Positions 38,483 through 49,400 of a stretch of DNA of 64,000 bases are shown here, one piece after another. Source of the DNA: a virus. The DNA lies in IMG/VR virus record IMGVR_UViG_3300020048_000039, positions 32,001 to 96,000 of that record; one strand, written 5' to 3'. Numbering within the stretch: the stretch's first letter is position 1; every line of letters begins with the position of its first letter. The translations under genes were made by a program, and so were the position numbers. Below the pieces are notes generated by a model. That model did no database searches. It had not been told where the DNA came from and was given only the letters and a program-made list of their open reading frames with translations.

Positions 38483-41400
38483 ATGGATAAATTAAATGTA
38501 TTAGCAGAAATTAAGGGATTCCTTGAGGGTTATAATGACGATTTAAAATATTTGGTAAATGTCGAAACCGACAATAACACCAATATTGCAGATTGCGTCA
38601 TTCATGAACCAAATAAAGAGCCAAGGATTGTAAAAATTCCCTACGAACCTTTCTTATACATGAAAGACTTGGGTAAGGCTAATCATACTTTGTATGAAGG
38701 TCACACCGAAGAATACATGGTGAGTAAACAAATTAAATATGGTATTACCATAGCTAAATTAAAAACTGGCAATCAGAAACGTTTGGTTAATGGATATTGC
38801 TATAAACTAACAAGTAGTAGGTCATATAATGATATCATCAACTATATTAGGGATGGTGGATTAAATCCATATGAAAAACTTGTAGATGATGATGGTAGGG
38901 TTGTTAACGATGCAAAAGGCGAACCAATTTATCCATATCGTGATTTATTTTATTCTGTGAGAGGAACTGAACAATTCTTTATATCGAAACAATGTCGTTT
39001 GTTTAAGGGTTTTGAGGAATATAAAGATGTTCACAAAGTTACATTTGATATTGAAACCACTGGTTTGAGGCATCAAATAGCAAGAATGTTTGCAATTGGT
39101 GTCAGAGATAATAGGGGATTTGAAACAATACTTGAATTGGATAAGTTAGATGACAATGAATCCGAAATCAGATTAATTCAAGACTTCTTTAATTTAATTC
39201 AGATTTTAAAACCTGCTGTAATTTCAGGATATAATTCCGAGAATTTTGACTTTGAGTTTATTCTTGGTAGAGCAAAAGTTCTTAAAATGGATTTGGAAGC
39301 AGTTCCCACAAGCCTCAAAGAAGGGGTTCATTTAAGGAGAAGACCCAATACATCTGTAAAATATGGTAATACTGCTGACAAATTTACTGCTACTGAAATG
39401 TGGGGTATTTCTGTTATTGATATTATTCATGCTACAAAAAAGACTGCTGCTGTTAATACCGAAATTAAAGCAACTGGCTTAAAATATATTGCCAAGCATG
39501 AAGGAATTGCGAAACCAAATCGTACCTATATTAAGGGTGAAGATAATTCGATTGGAAACTTCTATGCACAAAATAAAACCTTTTTAATTGACGAAAGTAA
39601 TAATTATATCCAGTTACCTGCTAAATATCAGGAAGTTGGAAAGAAATTATATGTTCTTCAAGGCAATAAAGGAAGGATTAGTGAAGCAAAGTACAAAGAA
39701 AAAAGAAACGAATATCTCAGCGAATGTCCAGAATTTGTAGAATGGTTTAGAAATGAAGCATTATCTAAAGGACTAATTACCTTTATTAGTGGTAAGAAAC
39801 TTGTTAAGCAATACTTGCTTGATGACCTTTGGGAAACTGAACAGGTTGACGAACTCTACAATCAATCATCTTTCATGTTAGGTAAGATTGTTCCAACTAC
39901 ATATCAGCGAGTCTGTACGATGGGTACTGCTGCTATTTGGAACTTACTTTTAACTGCGTGGAGTTACGAAAACGACTTAGCAATACCAATTTGTGATAAA
40001 ACCATAAAATTTAGTGGTGGTTTGGCAAGGTGTTATAAAGTCGGATTTACAAGGCGAATCAAAAAGATTGACTACGCTTCCTTGTATCCTATGATACAGT
40101 TATCAGAAGATGTATTCCCAATGTTTGATGTTACTGGCGTAATTAAAAAACTTTTACTTTACTTAACAACAACACGCAATATTTACAAGAAACTTGCAAA
40201 TAGTGATGAACTTAATGAAGAAGAAGTCATGTTGTTGAAACAAATCGACCATGAAGTTCACATCAAGTATCTTAATAATACTCTGACAACCGAAGACCGT
40301 GCTATGTTTAAGATTAAACAGCTACCTATCAAGATTTTGAACAACTCGTTGTTCGGTGCTTTGGGTTCTGCTATTTCGTTTAACTGGTCTGATAATGTTT
40401 GCGCTGCTCGTATTACCTGTACTGGTAGACTTCACCTAAGACATGCAATTGATTGGTTTACTGATTATGATTGTGTGGCTTTACTTGCAGTAACTGACGG
40501 TATTAACTTTAACTATCCCGAAAAGAGTAGAATTAGAGTTACTGACACTACTCAAACCATTGAAGATGAAGAACAAGATGTTGAAGAAATGTGGCAGTAT
40601 GGTGGTAAGAAAGGCTTAAATGCACTTATAGAAAAGTACAATACAGAAGAAATGTCGTCACCATACATGTCTGTTGATGATGATGGAGATTCAATTTCAT
40701 GTTTGAACCTTTCACGTATTAACTATGCAACTCTTTCATTGGCAAAGGATAAGAAAACCAAAGAAATGAAAGAAAAGGTTAAGCTAACTGGTAACACCAT
40801 AAAGTCAAAAGTAATGCCAGAATATATCGAAGAATTTATCGATAAAAGCTTAACTATGGTACTTCATGGTCAAGGCAAAGAGTTTGTGGACTATTATTAT
40901 GACTATTGTGATAATATTCGTTACATGCAAATTCCATTAAAGAAAATTGCAAGTAAGAGTAAGATTAAAATGACTTTAGCTAACTACAAGAAAAGAGGTA
41001 AAGATAAAAATGGTAGGGATAAAGGTATTCAGGCACACATGGAACTTCTATTGGAAAAACGTGCCAAGATAGCCGAAGAACTTTTCGAAGTGCATAAAGA
41101 GTCATTTAACCTTACTAAAATAAAAAAGGAACTAACTGCTGACGATAAAATGAAGTTTGTTGCCAACTACATGCCACAAGAGCCTGAATTAGATTCTGTT
41201 GTATATTATGTTAATTCTGGCTACAGGAAATCGCATGGTGATTCACGAAAGATTGTTGATAAATTAACTGGTGAAGAAAGATTCTGTGCCACATTAATCA
41301 GCAATGAAGACTTACTTGATAATCCAAGCATGACTGGTATCTATAACTACGAAAAATATCTTGATGCATTCAACAAACGTGTTGAGTCATTATTGGTTGG

Positions 41401-42163
41401 ATTTGAACCTGAAATTCAGCAAAAGATTTTAGTTAAGATTGCTCAAAAAGATAATGCGAAAACAAATGTAAGTAAAGGTGATTTAATAAAAGCAGGATTT
41501 ACTCCTGATGATTTGGAATTAAAAAACTTTGATTCTGATGATTATGCTGAATCCATGTACTTAGAAGAAATGGAAGTTGATTTCTGGAATAAAACTGGAT
41601 ATGACCCAAGGAAAATCTGGAATGGATTTAAAATGAGGGAAGATTACAGAGTATATTATGAAATTTATGACGATGCTCTGGAGTTTTTAAATAAAAAGAT
41701 GAAAGAAAGTGATAAACCTGAAATAAAATCCATTAACGATGCGTATGGTGATGGTGATTTAGTTCTCATTAAAGATGGTAGTGAATATCACCTTGGTGCA
41801 TATAATGGCACATATCTTCAAATTGTTAGAGAAGATGTAAAAGTGCCTAAACATCAAATCGAAGTTGAGCAAGAAAATAGGCGTATTGAGAATGAAAAAA
41901 AACTTGAAGAGTTGAGAGCCAATGAATTAACCACCAAAACTGATAGGGATGTTTTCTTAGATGCTCAACAGGCAAAACAAATAAAGTATTTCTCAGCGTT
42001 TAAACAGCAGTTTAACATTCCACTTACATTGACCATGAATGAATTATTTTCAGAAGTACCAAATGCAAAAGATGCTTTTGATGATTTTATTGCTGAGTCA
42101 GATGGAATGCTTGATGAAGAAGCTTTGGAATATTCTGGTATTGATAACGATGATGATGTATAA
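38483..42163 (+). CDS. family B DNA polymerase with 3'-5' exonuclease
   Basis: ExoI FDIETTG, ExoII GYNSENFDF, ExoIII YLLDD, region A DYASLYP, region B KILNNSLFG, region C VTDG. Confidence 0.92.
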   Translation: MDKLNVLAEIKGFLEGYNDDLKYLVNVETDNNTNIADCVIHEPNKEPRIVKIPYEPFLYMKDLGKANHTLYEGHTEEYMVSKQIKYGITIAKLKTGNQKRLVNGYCYKLTSSRSYNDIINYIRDGGLNPYEKLVDDDGRVVNDAKGEPIYPYRDLFYSVRGTEQFFISKQCRLFKGFEEYKDVHKVTFDIETTGLRHQIARMFAIGVRDNRGFETILELDKLDDNESEIRLIQDFFNLIQILKPAVISGYNSENFDFEFILGRAKVLKMDLEAVPTSLKEGVHLRRRPNTSVKYGNTADKFTATEMWGISVIDIIHATKKTAAVNTEIKATGLKYIAKHEGIAKPNRTYIKGEDNSIGNFYAQNKTFLIDESNNYIQLPAKYQEVGKKLYVLQGNKGRISEAKYKEKRNEYLSECPEFVEWFRNEALSKGLITFISGKKLVKQYLLDDLWETEQVDELYNQSSFMLGKIVPTTYQRVCTMGTAAIWNLLLTAWSYENDLAIPICDKTIKFSGGLARCYKVGFTRRIKKIDYASLYPMIQLSEDVFPMFDVTGVIKKLLLYLTTTRNIYKKLANSDELNEEEVMLLKQIDHEVHIKYLNNTLTTEDRAMFKIKQLPIKILNNSLFGALGSAISFNWSDNVCAARITCTGRLHLRHAIDWFTDYDCVALLAVTDGINFNYPEKSRIRVTDTTQTIEDEEQDVEEMWQYGGKKGLNALIEKYNTEEMSSPYMSVDDDGDSISCLNLSRINYATLSLAKDKKTKEMKEKVKLTGNTIKSKVMPEYIEEFIDKSLTMVLHGQGKEFVDYYYDYCDNIRYMQIPLKKIASKSKIKMTLANYKKRGKDKNGRDKGIQAHMELLLEKRAKIAEELFEVHKESFNLTKIKKELTADDKMKFVANYMPQEPELDSVVYYVNSGYRKSHGDSRKIVDKLTGEERFCATLISNEDLLDNPSMTGIYNYEKYLDAFNKRVESLLVGFEPEIQQKILVKIAQKDNAKTNVSKGDLIKAGFTPDDLELKNFDSDDYAESMYLEEMEVDFWNKTGYDPRKIWNGFKMREDYRVYYEIYDDALEFLNKKMKESDKPEIKSINDAYGDGDLVLIKDGSEYHLGAYNGTYLQIVREDVKVPKHQIEVEQENRRIENEKKLEELRANELTTKTDRDVFLDAQQAKQIKYFSAFKQQFNIPLTLTMNELFSEVPNAKDAFDDFIAESDGMLDEEALEYSGIDNDDDV

Positions 42164-42201
42164 TATCGATACGAATAGTATTTATGTAGAAATACACAAT
42201 C

Positions 42202-42834
42202 ATGGAATTTAAAAAGAAAGACATTGAAGAAATAATCGACACCAATGGAGAATTAATTGGATTAGATGATATACCATCAAACGATGCTAATGCCGACACT
42301 GCTGCTCACGGAACGACTGACCAAAATGTAAAAATTGGTCAGCAACCGTTCCGATATGATATGTTGGGTCGTTTTGGCTTTAGTATGATGCCTTTTATGG
42401 AAGGTAAAGAAGATTCTAAGGAAAGAACTGCACTTATAAACGATTTGGCTAAACTTAGTTACGATAATTATATACGTATAATCAGGCATTACTATAAGAA
42501 CCCAAATAAATTAAAGGTTGACTATAGGATGCATTCAGAACACAATTTTGAAACACAGCCTGAACATAATATGGAAACTGATTTTGATTTTGCTGATATG
42601 ATAATGAAAGTTGTTCAAAAGCATTTCGAAGATGCATTTAAAGAGCCTGAACAAATTGATGAATCTAAAGTTGTTGAGGATAAGATGCTTAACAAAAAGG
42701 GTGAAGATGAAATAACTGACAAAACAGAAGACATAGGTGTTAGAGAAAAGAAACTCGAAAAGATTGCTGGCTTGATTAACAAATTGGAGAAGAAAGATAT
42801 AGATAAACTTATTAATTTATTGGAGAGGAAATGA
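42202..42834 (+). CDS. hypothetical acidic protein, putative head-associated
   Basis: GTATTTAT box at 42178; IDESK linker-type motif. Confidence 0.65.
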   Translation: MEFKKKDIEEIIDTNGELIGLDDIPSNDANADTAAHGTTDQNVKIGQQPFRYDMLGRFGFSMMPFMEGKEDSKERTALINDLAKLSYDNYIRIIRHYYKNPNKLKVDYRMHSEHNFETQPEHNMETDFDFADMIMKVVQKHFEDAFKEPEQIDESKVVEDKMLNKKGEDEITDKTEDIGVREKKLEKIAGLINKLEKKDIDKLINLLERK

Positions 42835-43763
42835 GAAAATTAAATACGTGCGAATTTATTAATAAAGCATTTGCTATGTATGGTAATAAATATGATTACT
42901 CCTTAGTAAATTATGTGAACTCAAAAACAAAGATAAAAATTATTTGCTCAAAACATGGCACATTTGAACAAACGCCAAATAGCCATTTATGTGGATGTGG
43001 GTGTCCTAAATGCGGAGATTTATTAGTTAGTGAAAAAAAATGTGAAGATACAGACCATTTTATTAGTAGGGCAATTGAAAAACATGGTCATAAATATGAT
43101 TATTCGTTAGTTGATTATATTAATGTAAAAAGTTTTATCGTAATAATTTGTTGTGAGCACGGTAAATTTTCACAGCGAGCAAATGACCATTTAAATGGAA
43201 AGGGTTGTCCTATATGTGGAAAAATTTTAAAGGGAATTAAAATAAGAAAGAATACTGATTATTTTATTAATGAAGCAAAAAAAATTCATGGCAAGAAATA
43301 TAATTATTCGAATGTTGACTATGTAAAAAGTAAAATAAGCGTAAGCATCATATGTTCAAAACACGGTATGTTCAATCAAAAACCGAATGACCATTTAAAT
43401 GGAAAAGGCTGTCCAACATGTTGTGAGTCCAACGGAGAAAATAAAATAAGAACTTTTTTAAATGAAAATAATATTAAATATATTAAAGAGAAAAAATTCA
43501 GTAATTGTATTAACGTTAAAGAGCTTCCTTTTGATTTTTATCTTCCAGAATACGATGTTTTAATTGAATTTGATGGAGTGCAGCATTTTAATCCCATTAA
43601 TTATTTTGGTGGAATTGATGCATTAAATAATCAAATTATTAATGATAAAATAAAAAACGATTTTGCGAGAGTAAATAATTTTCATTTACTTCGAATACGA
43701 TTTGATGAAATAAATGAAATTAATAAAATCTTAAATACATATGAACCAATATTTAAAAGATAA
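42831..43763 (+). CDS. free-standing putative homing endonuclease (3 Zn-binding repeats + PD-(D/E)XK-like domain)
   Basis: 3x YDYS.V.Y.....IIC..HG.F.Q..N.HL.G.GCP.C; LPFDFYLPEYDVLIEFDGVQH; paralogue of 13510 and 54369. Confidence 0.85.
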   Translation: MRKLNTCEFINKAFAMYGNKYDYSLVNYVNSKTKIKIICSKHGTFEQTPNSHLCGCGCPKCGDLLVSEKKCEDTDHFISRAIEKHGHKYDYSLVDYINVKSFIVIICCEHGKFSQRANDHLNGKGCPICGKILKGIKIRKNTDYFINEAKKIHGKKYNYSNVDYVKSKISVSIICSKHGMFNQKPNDHLNGKGCPTCCESNGENKIRTFLNENNIKYIKEKKFSNCINVKELPFDFYLPEYDVLIEFDGVQHFNPINYFGGIDALNNQIINDKIKNDFARVNNFHLLRIRFDEINEINKILNTYEPIFKR

Positions 43764-44490
43764 AACCTATAGGATACCACCAGATGTATTAAGGGGTATT
43801 AGTGTAGCCAAAGCGTCCACTTCAAATGGAAGTGGTCTTAAAAGAGCTAATTTTCTGCTTAAAAATGGTGTTATAACCTATCAAGCAATGAAAAGACTTA
43901 AGAATTATTTTGATTATCACGACCCACAAACTGATGATAAAAATGAATATGCTCTTGCTGGTGGTGAATTAATGAAAAGCTTCATTCAAACAACACTTAA
44001 TCAAGACCGTGCAGGTATAAAAAGGACTGTAGATACAAAGCGTGAAGCTATGCCTATCATGAACGAAGCCGAAAAGAAGAAAAAAGAAAAACCAGTTAAA
44101 AATGCCTGTGCTATTATTGTTGACAAAGACAATAAAATATTGCTATTGAAACGAGCAGATATTGGTGAAATGTGGATGCCAAATAAATGGGCATTAGTTG
44201 GTGGTGGTGTTGAGAAAGGCGAAACACCTTTACAAGCGGTTGAGAGAGAAATTAAGGAAGAAACTGGTTTAGAAATCAAGAAATTTATTAGTTCATTTAA
44301 TTTACAACTAAACAGTACTAATAGTATTGAGTATATGTTTGTTTGTAGATTTGAAGGCGACCCAACCGAAGTGAATCTAAATCAAGAGAACATAAGATAT
44401 GGCTGGTTTAGTACTGGTGAAATGGATTATTTGGATACAGTCCCACATTTATTGGAATATATTACAATTGCTTTTAAAAGTTATGAGTAA
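43741..44490 (+). CDS. NUDIX hydrolase with an unknown N-terminal domain
   Basis: Nudix box GGVEKGETPLQAVEREIKEETG. Confidence 0.85.
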   Translation: MNQYLKDKTYRIPPDVLRGISVAKASTSNGSGLKRANFLLKNGVITYQAMKRLKNYFDYHDPQTDDKNEYALAGGELMKSFIQTTLNQDRAGIKRTVDTKREAMPIMNEAEKKKKEKPVKNACAIIVDKDNKILLLKRADIGEMWMPNKWALVGGGVEKGETPLQAVEREIKEETGLEIKKFISSFNLQLNSTNSIEYMFVCRFEGDPTEVNLNQENIRYGWFSTGEMDYLDTVPHLLEYITIAFKSYE

Positions 44491-44537
44491 TTCTGTATTT
44501 ATAGTAAAATAATATTAAATATTTAAAACGAAACACA

Positions 44538-44777
44538 ATGAGCAGATTAGAAGATATTAGCTTACAATACAGAGAATGTAGTGTTGCTAAAAATGACTAC
44601 GATAATAATGACGCATATGTTGCTGGACACCCTGACGCATTATCAACAGGTGATGCATTAGGTAAAGGTGAACAAAATGGTGAAGTAGGTAATGCTACTG
44701 ACATTAAGACCAGAAGCATATTATTAACTAAAAATAAATTTAAAGGTGATAATTGTTATTACGCTGGCACTGCATAA
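44538..44777 (+). CDS. small hypothetical protein
   Basis: 79 aa; GTATTTAT box at 44495. Confidence 0.65.
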   Translation: MSRLEDISLQYRECSVAKNDYDNNDAYVAGHPDALSTGDALGKGEQNGEVGNATDIKTRSILLTKNKFKGDNCYYAGTA

Positions 44778-44778
44778 T

Positions 44779-45684
44779 ATGTTGAATGAAACCAAGATAT
44801 TGTTTAATAACATCAAGAACTTTCGCCATCTTATAACAGAAGCGGTAAGTCAAAGTGACATGGAAAATTATATTAATAACCATGAGTTCATTTATATTTA
44901 CTATACTGGTGATGGAGAAAACAAAAGAGGTTGGAGAACAATTAGACCATATACACTTGGTACATCACCAAAAGATGGTCATTTATTATTGAGAGCATGG
45001 CAGGATAAAGGTAAAAGTGTTAGTAGAAGCCTAAATTTACGTGGTAATAGACATGATTATTGGACTGATGATTCTGACGGTAAAGTGAAACCCGGTTGGA
45101 GAATGTTTCGAGTTGATAACATCGAACAACTACTTCCAATTGGTACTAAGTTCAATTACTCCAATGGTGAAGTAATGATTCCACCTGATTATAAAGAAGG
45201 TACTGACAAAGGCATGGCAACTGTTCTTGCGTGGGTTAGTACCGATAACGCACCTGTTGTGACTTCTGGAACAACCAGAATATCTCCCATCGCTACCAAA
45301 AGAGGTGATTGGAGTAGATTTGCTAATGGAAATGCAAACAATGTTAAAATTACAGCTAATGACGTAGAAAATTTACGTAATAAAGTTAATAGAGTTCTAA
45401 AAGAAAAAATTGGAAACTTCGATGTAGTTATTAACGACAGAAACGAATTTGAAGTCGTGCGTGCAAAGGATATTAATAATATACCAAAACAAGCAATTGT
45501 TGGTAGTTTAGCGAATTTATATGATACGCTTGTGAAATCACCAGCACCAACAGACCAATTCTATAAAACAGGCGGTCAGGAGATAAAAAATCAGTTGAAA
45601 AATAAGCTTAATCAAGCGAATACTGAAACAAATAACCAACAATCCCCAACAATTCCATTTGAAAAGAAAACTTTTTTCAAATAA
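44779..45684 (+). CDS. WYL-like domain protein
   Basis: IYY...GWRTIRPYTLG...LLRAWQ...GWRMFRVDNI; ATG 44779 preferred over the ORF-track start 44746, which overlaps the upstream gene. Confidence 0.65.
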   Translation: MLNETKILFNNIKNFRHLITEAVSQSDMENYINNHEFIYIYYTGDGENKRGWRTIRPYTLGTSPKDGHLLLRAWQDKGKSVSRSLNLRGNRHDYWTDDSDGKVKPGWRMFRVDNIEQLLPIGTKFNYSNGEVMIPPDYKEGTDKGMATVLAWVSTDNAPVVTSGTTRISPIATKRGDWSRFANGNANNVKITANDVENLRNKVNRVLKEKIGNFDVVINDRNEFEVVRAKDINNIPKQAIVGSLANLYDTLVKSPAPTDQFYKTGGQEIKNQLKNKLNQANTETNNQQSPTIPFEKKTFFK

Positions 45685-45719
45685 CAACGTATTTATAAAA
45701 AATAATAAAAATTTATAAA

Positions 45720-46406
45720 ATGGCAGATAAGATTAATTTAAATAGACTTAAGGATGAAATAGATAACCGTAAAAGGGAAAAGGGCATGGTTACGACCAAC
45801 TCGAATGGTGTTAGCACAACTATGCCAGCACGTGATACCTTCCTAAACGGATTACTTGAATCATTCCAAACGGGTAGAGATACACGTTCATCGGTGGTGG
45901 TTAAAGAAGTGGTAAATAAGGTTGCTGAAAAAGCAGGTGAAACTGCACCAATACGTCAACAAGCTAACCTACCAATTCAGAATCATTCACAACAACCACA
46001 GAGAATATCAGAAGCAGACATGTCTGGTGTTGAAAGAGACGAACAATTGTTTCTTGACTTGCAAAAAAGGAGAAGCCTGACGTTGGCTGAATCAATTCAG
46101 GATTATTCTAAGATTCCTAATGTTGGTGCTCCAATGAATACTCAACCAACAACCAATATGGGTGGTGGTATGATGATTAATGAAGCATATTTGACTGAGA
46201 ATGTTAAAAATGTGGTTAACAATTACTTGGCTGAGAATTTCGGTCCCATCATCGAAGAATCCATTAAGAGTACAATTCTTGAAATGTATGCTCTTGAGAG
46301 AATTAAAACAGTCTTAGCAGAAAACAAAGATATGATTCGAGGGGTGGTGAAAGAAGTCATACAAGAAATTAGTGATAGAAATAAAGCAAGGAAAGCGCAA
46401 TCTTAA
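45720..46406 (+). CDS. hypothetical protein, putative head/scaffold-associated
   Basis: GTATTTAT box at 45689; ISEAD, LAESI, INEAYLTEN motifs; helical C-terminus. Confidence 0.65.
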   Translation: MADKINLNRLKDEIDNRKREKGMVTTNSNGVSTTMPARDTFLNGLLESFQTGRDTRSSVVVKEVVNKVAEKAGETAPIRQQANLPIQNHSQQPQRISEADMSGVERDEQLFLDLQKRRSLTLAESIQDYSKIPNVGAPMNTQPTTNMGGGMMINEAYLTENVKNVVNNYLAENFGPIIEESIKSTILEMYALERIKTVLAENKDMIRGVVKEVIQEISDRNKARKAQS

Positions 46407-46422
46407 TTGCGCTTTTTTTTTT
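46392..46422 (+). terminator. intrinsic terminator overlapping the stop codon
   Basis: AAAGCGCAAT/ATTGCGCTTT plus T-run. Confidence 0.7.
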
Positions 46423-46461
46423 ACCTTTAATTCTGTATTTATATATAATTAATATGGAATT

Positions 46462-49400
46462 ATGGCAATTTATAAGATAATAAAACCCATCGAAGAACTC
46501 TATAACAATGCAGATGGTAATGATGATATTCTTTCAGATATTGGAACTACTGCCGAAGTTAGAATGGGACACACAATAACTCCAGATAACACAGTAAATG
46601 AGTTTGGCGGTGATTCATTGTATTCACACGATGATAGTATTGGTGATGACGAATTTCCTGCTTATAATAATGCAGACTCTTCACCTTCAATAGAGAACAA
46701 CCTAAATGCCAATTCTGCAATGTATAATGAAGACTTGGAATATAATCATGTTAGTGATGCAACCCAAGACACATACGTAATAGGTGAAGAATTTCTTGGC
46801 ACTGATAAGCGTTTTGAAGATGAATTTGAAATCTTTAAAAATCCCAAATCAATTAAAAACCTAAGAAAAGACATTAAAGGGATTATCGATATGAAAACTG
46901 GCGATTTTTATGTTGCCAACTATAATATGATGTTACATATTGATTTAGCACGATGGTTAAATGTGAAATTAGGTTTTAATATTCCCGAAAAATGGAATGA
47001 TTTGTATGATGGTACTACATACTTAGCAGTACAGAGACGCAAGGATTCTAATATTTTTGGTTTATCAGAAGTTTATACATATGAAGATTATAATATGGAT
47101 GACTATGAAATCGAAAGAATCATAAGTGCATTTGAAAAAGCAAACCAAAAAAATCCTACAATAGAATTTAGTCTTGAGGGTATTGAAAGAAAAACTAAGC
47201 CAGAACCTGTTGATGCATTAGATGAAAGAGTATTATCATCAATGGCTGGTAGTTCCAGCGTTGAAGTTAAACAGAAATGTAGATTAGCAGGCAACGGTAA
47301 CACAAGCACACCTTGTAATCAGGGTGATATTGGTAATCTCAACATTAAGCCACTAAAAGAAGCATACGTCAATCTTCCATATAATAAAACGTATTGGGGA
47401 TGGGTTTCACCAGAGAATCAATTTACACAAGTTCCTGAACTAAAACATGCAGCATTCATCGAAAAAAGATATCCCGACATGTGGGACACCGATAAAATAT
47501 TCGACAAAGCATTTGCAGATGGATGGGTAAGAGTAATTTACGAATATTATCCAAATAGATACAAAGGTACGTTATCACTAAATGGTGGTGATGAAGAACG
47601 TGTTTTACATGTATTAAAAAACATATTTCTTGATAGCATTAGGTGGAGTAATACTACAATTTATTTACAATTTGAGAATCCAAATACTTCACGTGTTTTT
47701 AACACTGGTGATTCAGAGGGTAAAGCAGAATTGGCTAATTATTTAGGTGGACTTAACGAAATAAATGAAGAATCATTGGGTGTTATTGATTATGAAGACG
47801 TAGAATTGAACAATCCGATTGAAATGTTTAAAAATCCTAAATCACTGAGGAATTTAAAACCAAGCATCAGGGGAATTATTGATGCTGAGACTGGTGATTT
47901 ATATGCTGCAAACACATCCAACTATTTCCACAATATGTTAATTAAGTGGCTTAATCAAAATGTTGGCACACATTATACTGATAATTATAACTTAATATAT
48001 AAAAGTCCTGATGAACTTATTCCAGTCCAAAGAGACCAAAACACCAACGTGTTTAAATTAGGTGAAATGTATCCTACCAATCTTGATAAGGAAATGGAGG
48101 GTAGACGTGAAATGCTTGCTAAAATAAAAAATGGTTTAGCATTGGCAAAACAAAAGAATCCAAGTATTGAGTTTATACCTCAAACAATCGATAGTATTGA
48201 AATGCATGAACAATTAAATGAAGAGATTGATGCCAGTGAAGCATATAGAGATGAAGATGGATTGCAAACTATTCTTGATGGAAAACGTAATGTTGGTGGC
48301 TATGTAACATATAATAGAAAAAATGTTATTCAGATGTTGGAAGATACTGGATTGAACATTCTCCCACTCAGTGATAATCCATATGGCTTAGTAATAGTGT
48401 TTAATGATAAAGGAAGAGAAAATGCAATGAGGTTATGGAAGTTTGCAATATCTAAGGGTGGTTATTTTCAAGATAGTACACCTGATGAAGCACGCTTTAT
48501 TGGAAAAATGCTCGAATATACTGATACATCAATAGAAACCTATGTTAATAGAATATACGATGAAAACAGTCAGAGAAGAAAACAATCATTAAATGAAGAT
48601 TTTGATGATAATAAATATGTTGCTGTAGTTACACCCGATATGCAATTAATTAAAGGTACTACACACAATGCAATTTTTAAACAATTATTTCCCGATATTG
48701 AAGGTTATGCTGAAAAATATGACCATGCATTCGAAAATGGATATGTTAGGGTTATATGGAATGAAAATGAATATCAGGGTCAACCAATAATACACGCCAG
48801 TTTCGAAGGTAACAAAGCAAATCTGATTGCTGCCCTTAAAAGATTTTATTATAAAGAGATTATTACGAATAGAAGTAGTGTTAATATCGATATTTTTGAG
48901 ACAGGTAAAAGTTTAGGGTTCATCTTACCAGAACAAAAACAGGCATTCAGTGCATTCATGAGTGGATTGACAGAAGATATTGAAGAGGGTGTTGGCGATA
49001 AATATGTTGAAAGAAAATATCATATGCAACCAGAGTTTGACGACTTTGAACAATTATATAGAAACAAGCTCAGTACCGAAGGGCATGACGAAGTTGTGTA
49101 CGATGATACTAATAAGGGTGGTACTTTAAGGATTATTAAGAACCCAAAATCATTGAATAGTGTTGGTGCGGATGTTAGAGGTGTTATAGATAGAGAAGGA
49201 AATTTTTATACCGAACAACGAGTATCTGGAAAGGTACATGTTGCAATTCTTGGTGTGTTGGAAGATTTGGATTTAATTCCAGAAGATTGGGATTGGGGTG
49301 AACACTTACCAACAGATTTTATCACGGTGCAAAGAAGTAAAGATGAAAATGCTATTTTACTTAGTGAGAAGACCGAAATGATGACACCACCAGAAGAAAG

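Noticed and set aside
44746-44778. ORF-track start for the WYL-like gene
   Set aside because: It overlaps the upstream gene by 32 nt; ATG 44779, right after the upstream TAA, is more plausible
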